From an uncultured Verrucomicrobia subdivision 3 bacterium (lineage in GTDB: Bacteria; Verrucomicrobiota; Verrucomicrobiia; Limisphaerales; UBA11358), in contig CAILMI010000046.1 of NCBI GenBank assembly GCA_903835255.1, positions 17,156 through 81,155 of the forward strand: a DNA stretch of 64,000 bases, given 5' to 3'. A model generated the notes under the pieces. The model was not told the origin of the DNA and did no database searches. It was given only the letters and a program-made list of their open reading frames with translations. Shown here piece after piece: positions 41,148 to 50,887 of this stretch. Position numbers and translations under genes: made by a program. Positions within the stretch are counted from its first letter, which is position 1. Every line of letters starts with the position of its first letter.

Positions 41148-42509
41148 ATGAAACGGCTTTTTTTTTTCGCGGTATGTCTGGTCTGCCTCGGGTGGGCGCC
41201 GGAAGGAGCCGCCGCGCCAGTTCACACCAATTCGATCGCCTGGCACAAGGCCGCCGATCAGGTCGATGCCGATGTTCAGCGCCTTCCTCTCTGGCCGCTG
41301 CTGGAGAAAATTGCCGCTGCGGCCGAATGGAATATTTTTGTGGAGCCCGGTGCGGAACGGAATGCCTCGGCTAAATTCAGGGGGCTGCCCTCCGGTGACG
41401 CCCTCAAGCGTCTCTTGGGCGATCTGAATTTCGCGCTCGTGCCGCGGACCAATGCGCCGTCGCAGCTCTATGTTTTCCGGACCACGCTCCAGGCCGCCAC
41501 GCGGCGGGTGGCGGTGGCCAAGCCGGCCAAGCGCATTGCCCGCGAACTGCTGTTGAGGGTCAAACCGGGCACGGACATCGAGACGCTGGCGAAGTTGCTG
41601 GGCGCCCGGATCATCGGCCGGCTCGACAAACAGGGGGTCTACCGCCTGCAATGGGATGATCCGGCATCCGCCGATGCGGCGCTCGCCCAGTTGCAAGCCA
41701 ACAGCGACGTGCTTCAGGTGGATTATAACTACGCCTTCGACCCGCCTGTGCCGTCGGTTCCGCTGGACTCGCCGTCGGGCAAGCCCATATCGCTGTCCCT
41801 GAATCCGCCGGGGGATTCCGGGCGGGTGGTGGTGGGGTTGATTGACATGAACGTGCAATCGCTGGGGGCGTCGCTCGACAAGTTCATCCTGCCGCAACTG
41901 TCCGTGGCCGGCGACATTCCCGCTAACGGAAAAGATCTGACGCACGGCACCGCCATGGCCTATGCCATTCTTGAATCGGTTGCCCAGCAATCGCCGGGCG
42001 GATCGAGTTCGGTGCAGATTCAGCCCGTGGATGTCTACGGGGGGAACGAGACGACCACCTCGTGGTTTGTGGCGCTGGGCATTCAGAAGGCCGTGGACAG
42101 CGGCGCGAATGTTTTGAACATGAGCCTGGGCAGCACCGGGGACAGTTCGGTGCTGGAGGGCATCATCAAGCTGGCTGTGGCGAACAACATCGTGATGTTT
42201 GGCGCGGCGGGGAATGTTCCGGTGGCCACGCCAACATATCCCGCTGCCATTCCCGGAGTCTATGACGTGACGGCCCTCAGCAGGCCGGGGCAGCTCGCGC
42301 CGTATGCGAATTATTGGCCGGGAAACAGCCTGGCGCTCCCGGGCAGCAGCGTTGTTTATTTTGGCAACCAGGCTTACGGGGTTCAGGGGACATCCACCGC
42401 CACGGCTTATGCCTCGGGGATGTTCGCGGGATCGTGGGCCGCCACCGGCGCCAGTGCCCCGCAGATTCTCTCCGCCATGAAATCAAAGTTTCCGGTGCCG
42501 GCCCCGTAA
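41148..42509 (+). CDS. Secreted S8 subtilase-like protease with N-terminal STN-like domain and prodomain
   Basis: Triad motifs VVVGLID, HGTAMA and GTSTAT, plus NMSLG and AAGN. Signal peptide present. Confidence 0.8.
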   Translation: MKRLFFFAVCLVCLGWAPEGAAAPVHTNSIAWHKAADQVDADVQRLPLWPLLEKIAAAAEWNIFVEPGAERNASAKFRGLPSGDALKRLLGDLNFALVPRTNAPSQLYVFRTTLQAATRRVAVAKPAKRIARELLLRVKPGTDIETLAKLLGARIIGRLDKQGVYRLQWDDPASADAALAQLQANSDVLQVDYNYAFDPPVPSVPLDSPSGKPISLSLNPPGDSGRVVVGLIDMNVQSLGASLDKFILPQLSVAGDIPANGKDLTHGTAMAYAILESVAQQSPGGSSSVQIQPVDVYGGNETTTSWFVALGIQKAVDSGANVLNMSLGSTGDSSVLEGIIKLAVANNIVMFGAAGNVPVATPTYPAAIPGVYDVTALSRPGQLAPYANYWPGNSLALPGSSVVYFGNQAYGVQGTSTATAYASGMFAGSWAATGASAPQILSAMKSKFPVPAP

Positions 42510-42539
42510 AGTAGAGCGGGAACGGGCAAGAAATAAAAA

Positions 42540-42587
42540 GCCGCACCCCGCAGATGTCCCGCGCCCGTCCGCCGGACCGGGTTCCCC
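42540..42587 (-). ncRNA. 48-nt two-hairpin RNA element, possibly Acido-Lenti-1-like
   Basis: GGGGAACCCGGTCCGGCGGACGGGCGCGGGACATCTGCGGGGTGCGGC folds into two short GC hairpins. Rfam family assignment is from recollection only. Confidence 0.4.
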
Positions 42588-42602
42588 AAAAAGTCAGTGC
42601 GA

Positions 42603-42758
42603 TCAGTGCGACTTGCAGCCGATCCGGGCGAAGGCCAGCAGGAATCCCGTTCCGCCCACGATGAGCAGCCACGGCTTACCGTGCACCACCTGCAGAATTC
42701 CCAAGCCGAGGATTAAAGCGATGATCAGATAAACCAGAATTGAAAGTGCGAATTTCAT
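42603..42758 (-). CDS. Small two-TM membrane protein (51 aa)
   Basis: MKFALSILVYLIIALILGLGIL...PWLLIVGGTGFLLAF, directly downstream of acs. Confidence 0.7.
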   Translation of the reverse strand: MKFALSILVYLIIALILGLGILQVVHGKPWLLIVGGTGFLLAFARIGCKSH

Positions 42759-42798
42759 TTTGACCAGTGTAGTGTTTTTGGGATCGGGCGCAACCTCT

Positions 42799-44775
42799 TC
42801 ACTGCTTTCCTTTGACCAGGGCCTCGACGACGTGCGGATCGGCCAGAGTGGAGACGTCGCCAATCTGGTCGGTCTGATTCTCGGCGATCTTGCGGAGGAT
42901 GCGGCGCATAATCTTGCCCGAACGCGTCTTGGGCAAGCCCGGCGCAAACTGGATTTTGTCCGGGACGGCAATGGCCCCGATTTCCTTGCGGACATGATTG
43001 GCCAGAGCCTTTTTTAAGTCGTCGCTTTCGGCCACGCCATCCTTGAGCGTGACGAACGCATAGAGCGCCTGGCCCTTGATATCATGAGGCATGGGCGCCA
43101 CCGCGGCCTCCGCCACCTGCGGATGGCTCACCAGCGCGCTCTCCACTTCCGCCGTGCCAATCCGATGACCGGAGACGTTCACCACGTCATCCACCCGGCC
43201 CAGCAGCCAGAAATCCCCGTCCTCGTCCACGCGGCAGCCGTCGCCGGTGAAATACAGGTCTTTGTACGTTGAAAAATACGTGTTGATGAAACGATCATGG
43301 TCGCCCCAGGTGGTGCGCATCATGCCCGGCCAGGGAGTCTTGATGCACAGCTTGCCGCCTTCGTTCGGACGGCATTCGGTCCCGTCATCCCGCAGAATCA
43401 CCGGTTCCAGGCCCAGAAAAGGCCTGCCGGCGCTCCCGGGCTTGAGCGTGTGGGCGCCCGGCAGATGTGTGATCAGGTGCCCGCCTGTCTCTGTCTGCCA
43501 CCAAGTGTCCACGATCGGACAACGCTCCTTGCCGATGTGCCGGTGATACCACATCCACGCCTCGGGATTGATCGGTTCCCCCACCGTGCCCAGGACGCGC
43601 AGCGAGCTCAAATCAAATCGGGCCGGCCACTCATCCCCGAGCCGGATGAGCGCGCGGATGGCCGTCGGCGCCGTGTAGAAGGAATTGACCTTGAATTTTT
43701 CGATGATTTTCCAGAAGCGTCCGGCGTCGGGATACGTCGGCACCCCCTCGAACATCACCGTCGTTCCCCCGTTGCAGAGCGGGGCATAAACCCCGTAGCT
43801 GTGCCCCGTCACCCAGCCGATGTCTGCCGTGCAGAAATAAACATCGTCCTCGTGGATGTCGAAAACGTATTGATGCGTGAGGGCGCACCAGAGCAGATAG
43901 CCCGCCGTGCTGTGCACGACCCCCTTGGGTTTGCCCGTGGAACCGGAGGTGTAGAGGATGAAGAGATGGTCCTCCGCGCTGAGCCGGGTCGGCGGGCAGT
44001 CCTCCGAGGCCGTCGCCATCGCCTCATGATACCAGACGTCGCGGCCGGCGGTGAGGTCGCACGGGGCATCGGTGCGCCGGATGACGATGACGTTTTCAAT
44101 GCTGGCCGTGTGCTTGAGGGCGGTATCCGCCAGAGCCTTGAGCGCAATGGTTTTTCCCGCCCGCAACGAGACGTTGGCAGTGATGAGCAGTTTGCATCCG
44201 GAATCATTGATGCGGTCGGCGAGCGCCTCCGAGCTGAACCCGCCGAAGACCACCGAATGAATCGCGCCCAGGCGCGCGCAGGCGAGCATGGCCACCGCCG
44301 CCTCGGGGATCATGGGCATGTAAATGGCCACGCGATCGCCTTTCTGAATGCCGCGCTCCTTGAGGACATTCGCGAGCCGGCATACGTCGGCATGCAGTTC
44401 CGCGTAGGTGATGCGCCGCACGTCTTCCTCGGGTTCGCCCTGCCAGAGAATGGCCACCTTGTCGCGCGTCCGCGTCTGGAGATGCCGGTCCAGGCAGTTG
44501 ACCGTCAGATTGAGTTCGCCGTCCTCGAACCAAGTGTGCTCGATCTTCCGCGCGTCGGTGCGCCAGTCATATTTGCAGGCGACGGTGGGCGGCTTGAACC
44601 AAGCGAGCGACTGCGCCTGCTCCAGCCAGAACGCGTCGGGTTCCCGGAGGGAGCGCTGGTGCAGCGCCGCGTACTGTTCGGCGTTGAGGTGGGCGCGCTT
44701 CACGACCTCGGGCGAGGGCGGGAAAGTGCGACCGGCCGATTGCAGGGATTCAGTGGAGAGAGTGGGGGAGGACAT
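42799..44775 (-). CDS. acs: Acetyl-CoA synthetase
   Basis: YTSGSTGKPKG, VDTWWQTETGG and PKTRSGKIMRR. Confidence 0.97.
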   Translation of the reverse strand: MSSPTLSTESLQSAGRTFPPSPEVVKRAHLNAEQYAALHQRSLREPDAFWLEQAQSLAWFKPPTVACKYDWRTDARKIEHTWFEDGELNLTVNCLDRHLQTRTRDKVAILWQGEPEEDVRRITYAELHADVCRLANVLKERGIQKGDRVAIYMPMIPEAAVAMLACARLGAIHSVVFGGFSSEALADRINDSGCKLLITANVSLRAGKTIALKALADTALKHTASIENVIVIRRTDAPCDLTAGRDVWYHEAMATASEDCPPTRLSAEDHLFILYTSGSTGKPKGVVHSTAGYLLWCALTHQYVFDIHEDDVYFCTADIGWVTGHSYGVYAPLCNGGTTVMFEGVPTYPDAGRFWKIIEKFKVNSFYTAPTAIRALIRLGDEWPARFDLSSLRVLGTVGEPINPEAWMWYHRHIGKERCPIVDTWWQTETGGHLITHLPGAHTLKPGSAGRPFLGLEPVILRDDGTECRPNEGGKLCIKTPWPGMMRTTWGDHDRFINTYFSTYKDLYFTGDGCRVDEDGDFWLLGRVDDVVNVSGHRIGTAEVESALVSHPQVAEAAVAPMPHDIKGQALYAFVTLKDGVAESDDLKKALANHVRKEIGAIAVPDKIQFAPGLPKTRSGKIMRRILRKIAENQTDQIGDVSTLADPHVVEALVKGKQ

Positions 44776-44873
44776 TGTATTTGTTTAGAGGGTAAAACCG
44801 TTTTCAGTAGTAACACAAAAAGGCAGGCGCATGTCAATTCGCCGGGGAATAAATAGCGCACATAAAGCGCAGA

Positions 44874-45822
44874 TAAACCCGAATTCCAAATCGGGCCTGA
44901 CTCTCGCAGCCCTTCGAACGTCCGCCCCGCGCCTCCTCCATTTCATGGAAGTGAGGGGGTGGCAGTCGAATTATTTCATTCCAAGCTCAACTTCAGAATC
45001 GAGTTTGAAATGAACACCTTACACTCGCCGATCGAGGCGGGCCAGACTCTATGGCAGTTTATGGCAGTTCAACTTAACCTTGCGATATCGGCAGGTAGGG
45101 CGTGCAGTCCCCGGCCCGCCGCGATTGCTAACCCGCGTCACCTTAAGCCCCGGGGCGGCGCGCACGGAGTGTCGCGCCCTCCCACCACGACGCCACCAGC
45201 GTGACGCTAGACCCCATTATCAAGACACAGACTGAGACACGAATTACACGAATTAACGCGAATGAGGGAAATGTGCAAAAACATGCTTTGACCCGTTTAC
45301 GCGGGTAGGGCGTGCAGTCCCCGGCCCGCCGCGGTTGCCAACCCGCGCGTGCTGGTTTAGCACGCCGGCGCGCACGGAGTGTCGCGCCCTACCTGTCCCA
45401 CGGTGCCAAGAACGGCTCTGCCACGCTGGCCCGAACGCCGAAGTAGGCCACGATCGCAGGTCCTCTCCCTCGCCCCGCGAAGCATGAGCGGGGCGAGGGA
45501 GAGGGAGAGAGGACCAAAATCCTCTTTTAGGTGGGGGCCGGTCGGCGCAGGTCCGATAAGCCGGAATCCTGCCGTTGAGTTGCAACGCCGGCCGAATTCA
45601 ACAAGACAACCATCAATGTGTGAACCCCTAACAGAAATCAATCCCACTGCCTGGCAGTGGGATTGCCTCACGGTTGGGTGATCCAATTGAAGGGGGCATA
45701 AATTAGCGCCGGGTTCGTTTTGTGAGCGGACTTTCTTCAAGGACGGCATGAATCCGGCTGAGGTCTTGTCCTTTGGCGTCCTTGGCGCCTTACCGCTTCA
45801 TTTGGAAGACATGCTTCCGAAA
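44874..45822. repeat. Patchwork of repeat modules C, D (two REP cores), E and B
   Basis: 44874-45014 matches the reverse of 54831-54981. 45050-45420 matches 860-1013. 45208-45272 matches the reverse of 50186-50246. 45744-45822 matches 54984-55062. Confidence 0.75.
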
Positions 45823-45893
45823 AGCCTTCGAAAACAGTTGTTCCAGCGGAGTTTGCGCTTTGAACCCGCGCCGGAGCCGACTATAAATGGCGC

Positions 45894-46757
45894 GTGTCAC
45901 AACCGGTTCAACCTCCCATCACCGCCGCCACGCGCCTGTGCGCCGTCTACGGTTCGCCCATCCGGCATTCCGCGTCGCCAGCCATGCATAACGCCGCCTT
46001 CGCCGCGCTCGGTTTGGACTGGCGCTACCTCGCCTTCGAGGTCGATCCGCTGCATCTGCGCGCGGCCATCGACGGGGCGCGGGCGATGGGGTTTGCCGGG
46101 CTGAATCTGACCGTGCCGCACAAGTTGCTCGCCGTGGACATGGTGGATGCATTGGATGAATCCGCCCGACGCTGGGGGGCGGTCAATACCATCCGCTTCG
46201 GACCGGAAGGGGCGACCGGTTTTAACACGGACGCCGACGCCATTGTGACGGCGCTGCGCCAGGATTTGGATCTGGAGTTGCGCGGCGCCCGGGTGGTGCT
46301 GCTCGGGGCCGGCGGGGCAGGGCGGACGGCGGCGTTGCGGCTGGCCGCCGAGGGGGTTTCAGAATTGTTTCTGGTCAACCGCACCGCCGCCAAGGCGGCC
46401 AGCCTCGCGGATGAAATGAAGCAACTTTTCCCCGCCGTCCCGGTTGCCGTGGGATATCCCCGGACCGACGTGGATCTCGTCATCAACGCCACGTCGCTCG
46501 GTCTCCGGCCGGAGGATGGCTCGCCGCTGGATGCGGAACAATTCCCGCTGCCGCGGGCGCGGTGTGTGTATGACATGATTTATCGGCCGGCGGCGACGGC
46601 GTTGCTGCGCGCGGCTGGGGCGGCAGGATGCCGCACGGCGAATGGTTTGGGGATGCTGCTGCATCAGGGCGCCCGGGCGTTTGAGATCTGGACGGGTCAG
46701 CCGGCGCCGCTGGGGGTGATGCGCCGCGCTCTGGAGGAAACCATTTATGGCCGTTGA
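45894..46757 (+). CDS. aroE: Shikimate dehydrogenase
   Basis: HSASPAMHN, NLTVPHK, GAVNT, NTD, GAGGAG and GLGMLLHQG. Confidence 0.95.
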   Translation: MSQPVQPPITAATRLCAVYGSPIRHSASPAMHNAAFAALGLDWRYLAFEVDPLHLRAAIDGARAMGFAGLNLTVPHKLLAVDMVDALDESARRWGAVNTIRFGPEGATGFNTDADAIVTALRQDLDLELRGARVVLLGAGGAGRTAALRLAAEGVSELFLVNRTAAKAASLADEMKQLFPAVPVAVGYPRTDVDLVINATSLGLRPEDGSPLDAEQFPLPRARCVYDMIYRPAATALLRAAGAAGCRTANGLGMLLHQGARAFEIWTGQPAPLGVMRRALEETIYGR

Positions 46758-47871
46758 CGGGATCTTCAGCACGCACAGCTGGTCGCTGATGCCGTTCCAT
46801 TTCTGGTCGCTGGTTTTTTTTACCTTCGGCTGCCTGATCGGCAGTTTCCTGAACGTGTGCATCTACCGGATGCCCCGGGACATGAGCGTGGTCTCGCCGC
46901 CCTCGCATTGTCCCCACTGCAAATATGCCATTCCATTCTATCTGAACCTCCCGCTGGTGACTTGGCTCTCCCTCAAGGGCCGCTGCAGGAATTGCGGGGC
47001 CCCCATCTCGCCCCGCTACTTCATCGTCGAGCTGGTCACGGGAGTGGCGTTCCTGAGTTGCTGGCTGACCTTTGGGAATCCGGCGCATCCGCTGCCCTCG
47101 CTCGGGCTGGCGCTGGTCTATGGCGTGTTCCTGGCCGGGCTGATTTGCGCCTCGTTCATCGACTTCGAGCACTTCATCATCCCGGACGAAATTACCCTCG
47201 GCGGCATGGTCGCAGGCATTGCGGCATCGTTTCTTCTGCCCTCGCTGCACGCTGCCGGAAGCCATGGAGAGGGACTGGTTCAAGGCCTGTGGGGCGCCGG
47301 GGTCGGGGCGGGCCTCGTTTACGCGATCCTGCGCCTAGGCAAGCTCCTGTTTGGCCGGCAACGGGTGAAGCTGCCGCCGGACACGAGGATTGTCTTCACC
47401 GAGACGGCCGTCTGCCTGCCCGATCAGGTGATCCCCTACGAGGATTTATTCTATCGCCCGTCGGACGCGATTGTGTTGCGCGCGCGCACGCTGGAGCTGG
47501 TGGATCGGAGCTATAAGGACGTGAGGGTGCGGCTCTCTGTCGGGTCACTGCTGATTGATGAAGAGAAAATCAATCCCGCCGAGGTGGCCTGCCTGGAGGC
47601 CGTCACCGGAGAAATCATCCTGCCGCGCGAAGCGATGGGCTTTGGCGACGTGAAATTCATGGGGGCCATCGGCGCCTTCATCGGCTGGCAGGGGGCGGTT
47701 TACACCTTGATGGCCAGCTCCTTGATCGGGGCGGCGGCCGGGATGATTTTAATCGTCTTTCGCCGGCGGGAGTGGTCTTCGCGCATGCCCTATGGACCCT
47801 ACCTGGCGCTGGCGGCGCTCCTCTGGCTTTTCGGGGGACAAAAACTATTCCGCGCACTGTTCCCGATGTGA
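46747..47871 (+). CDS. pilD: Prepilin peptidase/N-methyltransferase with internal insertion
   Basis: GSFLNVCIYR, two CxxC pairs, FID and AMGFGDVK aspartates. Confidence 0.92.
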   Translation: MAVDGIFSTHSWSLMPFHFWSLVFFTFGCLIGSFLNVCIYRMPRDMSVVSPPSHCPHCKYAIPFYLNLPLVTWLSLKGRCRNCGAPISPRYFIVELVTGVAFLSCWLTFGNPAHPLPSLGLALVYGVFLAGLICASFIDFEHFIIPDEITLGGMVAGIAASFLLPSLHAAGSHGEGLVQGLWGAGVGAGLVYAILRLGKLLFGRQRVKLPPDTRIVFTETAVCLPDQVIPYEDLFYRPSDAIVLRARTLELVDRSYKDVRVRLSVGSLLIDEEKINPAEVACLEAVTGEIILPREAMGFGDVKFMGAIGAFIGWQGAVYTLMASSLIGAAAGMILIVFRRREWSSRMPYGPYLALAALLWLFGGQKLFRALFPM

Positions 47872-47941
47872 GCCTGTGCCGACTGTGCCACGCAAAGGGA
47901 CTGGCATTTCCGTTCCGGATGAGATTCGAACCCAGTGGGGG

Positions 47942-48709
47942 TTAGCGGGTGACGCCCCGCTCGCTGCTGCGGATGAACTGGACGAGGTGCTGGACTTCCG
48001 GCAGCGGCGGCACTTCTGTTTCAATCTTCGCCAGCGCGTTGGGGATGGACAGCTCCTCGCGGAAAAAAATCTTATACGCCTGACGCAGCGCCGTCTGGGC
48101 TTCGTCGGAAATGCCGTGTCGATCCATGCCAATCTTGTTAACGGTGCGCGTCTCGGCCGGGTTCCCCTCCACAATCATAAACGGCGCCACGTCCTGCGGA
48201 ATGCGCGAGCAGCCGCCAGTCATGGAAAACCGCCCGATCCGGCAGAATTGATGCACCGCCGTGAACCCCCCCAGGATGGCGTGATCCTCCACCACGACGT
48301 GCCCAGCCAGCGCCGCATAGCTCGACATGATGATGCGATTGCCCAGCACGCAGTCGTGCGCGATGTGGACATAGGTCAGCAGCAGGTTATCGGAGCCGAT
48401 GACGGTGGCCTTGCCGTCGTCCGTGGCGCTGTGAATGTTGACGCCTTCGCGGAACACATTGCGGTCGCCGATCTCCAGCCGCGTGACGCCACCTTTCCAT
48501 TTTAAATCCTGTGACTTCAATCCGATGCTGGCGAAGGGGTACACCTGGTTTTCCCGGCCGAGCGTCGTATGACCGTCTATGACCACGTGGGAAAGCAGAT
48601 GGCAGCCGTCGCCGAGGGTGACATTTTCACCGATGACGCAAAACGGGCCAATGACGCAGTTGGTTCCGATCCGGGCCTGGGGATGGATGATGGCGGAGGC
48701 GTGGATCAT
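47942..48709 (-). CDS. lpxA: UDP-N-acetylglucosamine O-acyltransferase
   Basis: Hexapeptide repeats, QDLK, HIAHDC and VHQFCRIG. Confidence 0.96.
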   Translation of the reverse strand: MIHASAIIHPQARIGTNCVIGPFCVIGENVTLGDGCHLLSHVVIDGHTTLGRENQVYPFASIGLKSQDLKWKGGVTRLEIGDRNVFREGVNIHSATDDGKATVIGSDNLLLTYVHIAHDCVLGNRIIMSSYAALAGHVVVEDHAILGGFTAVHQFCRIGRFSMTGGCSRIPQDVAPFMIVEGNPAETRTVNKIGMDRHGISDEAQTALRQAYKIFFREELSIPNALAKIETEVPPLPEVQHLVQFIRSSERGVTR

Positions 48710-48712
48710 GGG

Positions 48713-50047
48713 TTAGGAGGCATCCCGGAGCATGAAGGTGACCTCGGCTTCGCTGACGACTTCGCCGTCCACTTTGCAGACGCCCTTGGCCTTGCCGATT
48801 TTCCCGCGGATTTTGGTGAGATCCACTTCGATGACCAGCACGTCGCCGGGCACCACCGGCTTGCGCCACTTCACTTCCTCGGCGGACATGAAATAGGCGA
48901 TCTGGTTGGCCACTTCGATGCGTTTGAGCAGGAGGATGCCTGCGATCTGCGCCATGGCCTCCAGCTGCAGCACCCCGGGCATGATGGGGTGGCCGGGAAA
49001 ATGGCCGCGGAAAAAGTCCTCGTTCATCGTGACGTTTTTTAGGCCCACGATTTGGTTGCCCTCAATTTTCAGGATCCGGTCCACCAGCAGGAAGGGCGGC
49101 CGGTGCGGCAGCAGCTTCATCACCTCTTCAATCCCCATCGAGCCATCGGCGGAGGGCAGGGGCTGGGGCGCATTTTTGGCCGGCGGCGGGGAGAAGGTCT
49201 GCGCCGCGCGCAGCGGCTTATTCATTTGCGCCTGGATCAGGCGCGCAAACTCGCAGTTGGCCGCGTGGCTTGGCTTGACTGCAATGAGATGCCCCCGCAG
49301 CGGGCGTCCGAGCAGCGAGAGGTCGCCCACGATGTCGAGCATCTTGTGCCGCACAAATTCCTCGTTGTAACGCAGCGGTTCGGTCGTCAGCACGGCGTCG
49401 TCGCGGATGACAACGGCGTTCTCCAAGCTGCCGCCCTTGATCAGGCCGTTCTTGAACAGGTATTCAATCTCCTCGTAGAAACAGAACGTCCGGGCGTGGG
49501 ACAGTTCCCGCTCCCAGGTCTTCGGCGTGATGTCCGTGCTGTAAAACTGCGTGAACCGGCCCTGCTTGTCCGCGCTGGTGCAGGTGATCTTGAATCCGTC
49601 GTAGGGGAAGAGCGTCATCACTGTCTCGCCCGACTGCATTTCAATGGGCTCGGTGGGGGTGAAGGTCTCGCGCTTTTCTGCCAGCGGCGCGATGCCGGCC
49701 GCCTGAATGATTTTGCAGAATTCCCTCGAGCTCCCGTCGGCGATGGGGGGCTCGTTGGCATCCAGTTCGATGATGGCGTTGTCAATGCCGTAGCCCGCGA
49801 GCGCGGCGAGCACGTGCTCGACCGTGTGGATTTTGACATTGCCCCGGGCAATCGTCGTGGAGCGGTTGGTGTCGGTGACATGTTCCACCCGCGCCTCGAT
49901 TTCCGGTTTGCCGTCCAGATCCACGCGGCGGAACCGCACCCCGCTGTTGGCGGGTGCGGGGAGCAGGGTCATGTTCACCCGGTTGCCGCTGTGGAGGCCG
50001 ATGCCGGAAAACGCCGCCGGACGGTTGAGAGTCTGCTGATTGAGCAC
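48713..50047 (-). CDS. lpxC: Bifunctional LpxC-FabZ fusion
   Basis: GIGLHSG, TVEH and HKMLDIVGD (LpxC), then LPHRPPFLLVD and GHFPGHPIMPGV (FabZ). GTG start at 50047. Confidence 0.95.
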   Translation of the reverse strand: MLNQQTLNRPAAFSGIGLHSGNRVNMTLLPAPANSGVRFRRVDLDGKPEIEARVEHVTDTNRSTTIARGNVKIHTVEHVLAALAGYGIDNAIIELDANEPPIADGSSREFCKIIQAAGIAPLAEKRETFTPTEPIEMQSGETVMTLFPYDGFKITCTSADKQGRFTQFYSTDITPKTWERELSHARTFCFYEEIEYLFKNGLIKGGSLENAVVIRDDAVLTTEPLRYNEEFVRHKMLDIVGDLSLLGRPLRGHLIAVKPSHAANCEFARLIQAQMNKPLRAAQTFSPPPAKNAPQPLPSADGSMGIEEVMKLLPHRPPFLLVDRILKIEGNQIVGLKNVTMNEDFFRGHFPGHPIMPGVLQLEAMAQIAGILLLKRIEVANQIAYFMSAEEVKWRKPVVPGDVLVIEVDLTKIRGKIGKAKGVCKVDGEVVSEAEVTFMLRDAS

Positions 50048-50154
50048 GCCAGATTGAACAAAACACGGGGGCGATTGGCAAGTTTGCATTCAGACCGCTT
50101 CTTCCGGCGCGGACGCCCGCCGCTACAAACACGGGGCAAAGATCCGCAGCGCCC

Positions 50155-50246
50155 ATTGGCATCCCCGGCGTCCTTGGCGGTTCAATTTTCCCTTCCAAAA
50201 TTTGCGTTCATTCGGGTCTCAGTCTTTGTCTTAACAATGAGGGACC
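50155..50246. repeat. Repeat modules B (partial) and E
   Basis: GGCGTCCTTGGCGGTTCA core, then the reverse complement of AAGACAnAGACTGAGACnCGAAT shared with 45208-45272. Confidence 0.6.
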
Positions 50247-50425
50247 CGCATCGCGCTGCCTGGTAATTGGGTCGTTGCCACGCCGTTCCCTCGTGCTGGC
50301 TAACTATTCTGTCCATGGTCAAAAAGAACCAGTGCGGCGCAGGAGTTCCGTCCGTAAAAAAAAGCCGGCGACTAAACTCCTTTAAAATACAAAGGTTTTT
50401 AACGATTTTCACAAGGCGGCATCGG

Positions 50426-50443
50426 TTGGCATCGGTGTTGCTT
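50426..50443 (+). promoter_or_regulatory. Sigma54 (-24/-12) promoter of glnK-amtB
   Basis: TTGGCATCGGTGTTGCTT gives GG-N10-GC with TGGCA/TTGC consensus. Confidence 0.8.
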
Positions 50444-50445
50444 AG

Positions 50446-50853
<408 letters not shown>

Positions 50854-50887
50854 GTTATTAAACTAATTTAAATTCCAAAATCTAAAC

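Noticed and set aside
44831-45749. Short ORFs in the acs-aroE spacer
   Set aside because: They run through palindromic repeat modules and have low-complexity Arg/Pro/Gly composition.
44874-45822. CRISPR array
   Set aside because: The repeats are long, heterogeneous and irregularly spaced, with no constant repeat-spacer period and no cas genes.
48713-50047. LpxC-FabZ fusion as a novelty
   Set aside because: This fusion is already established in several diderm phyla.
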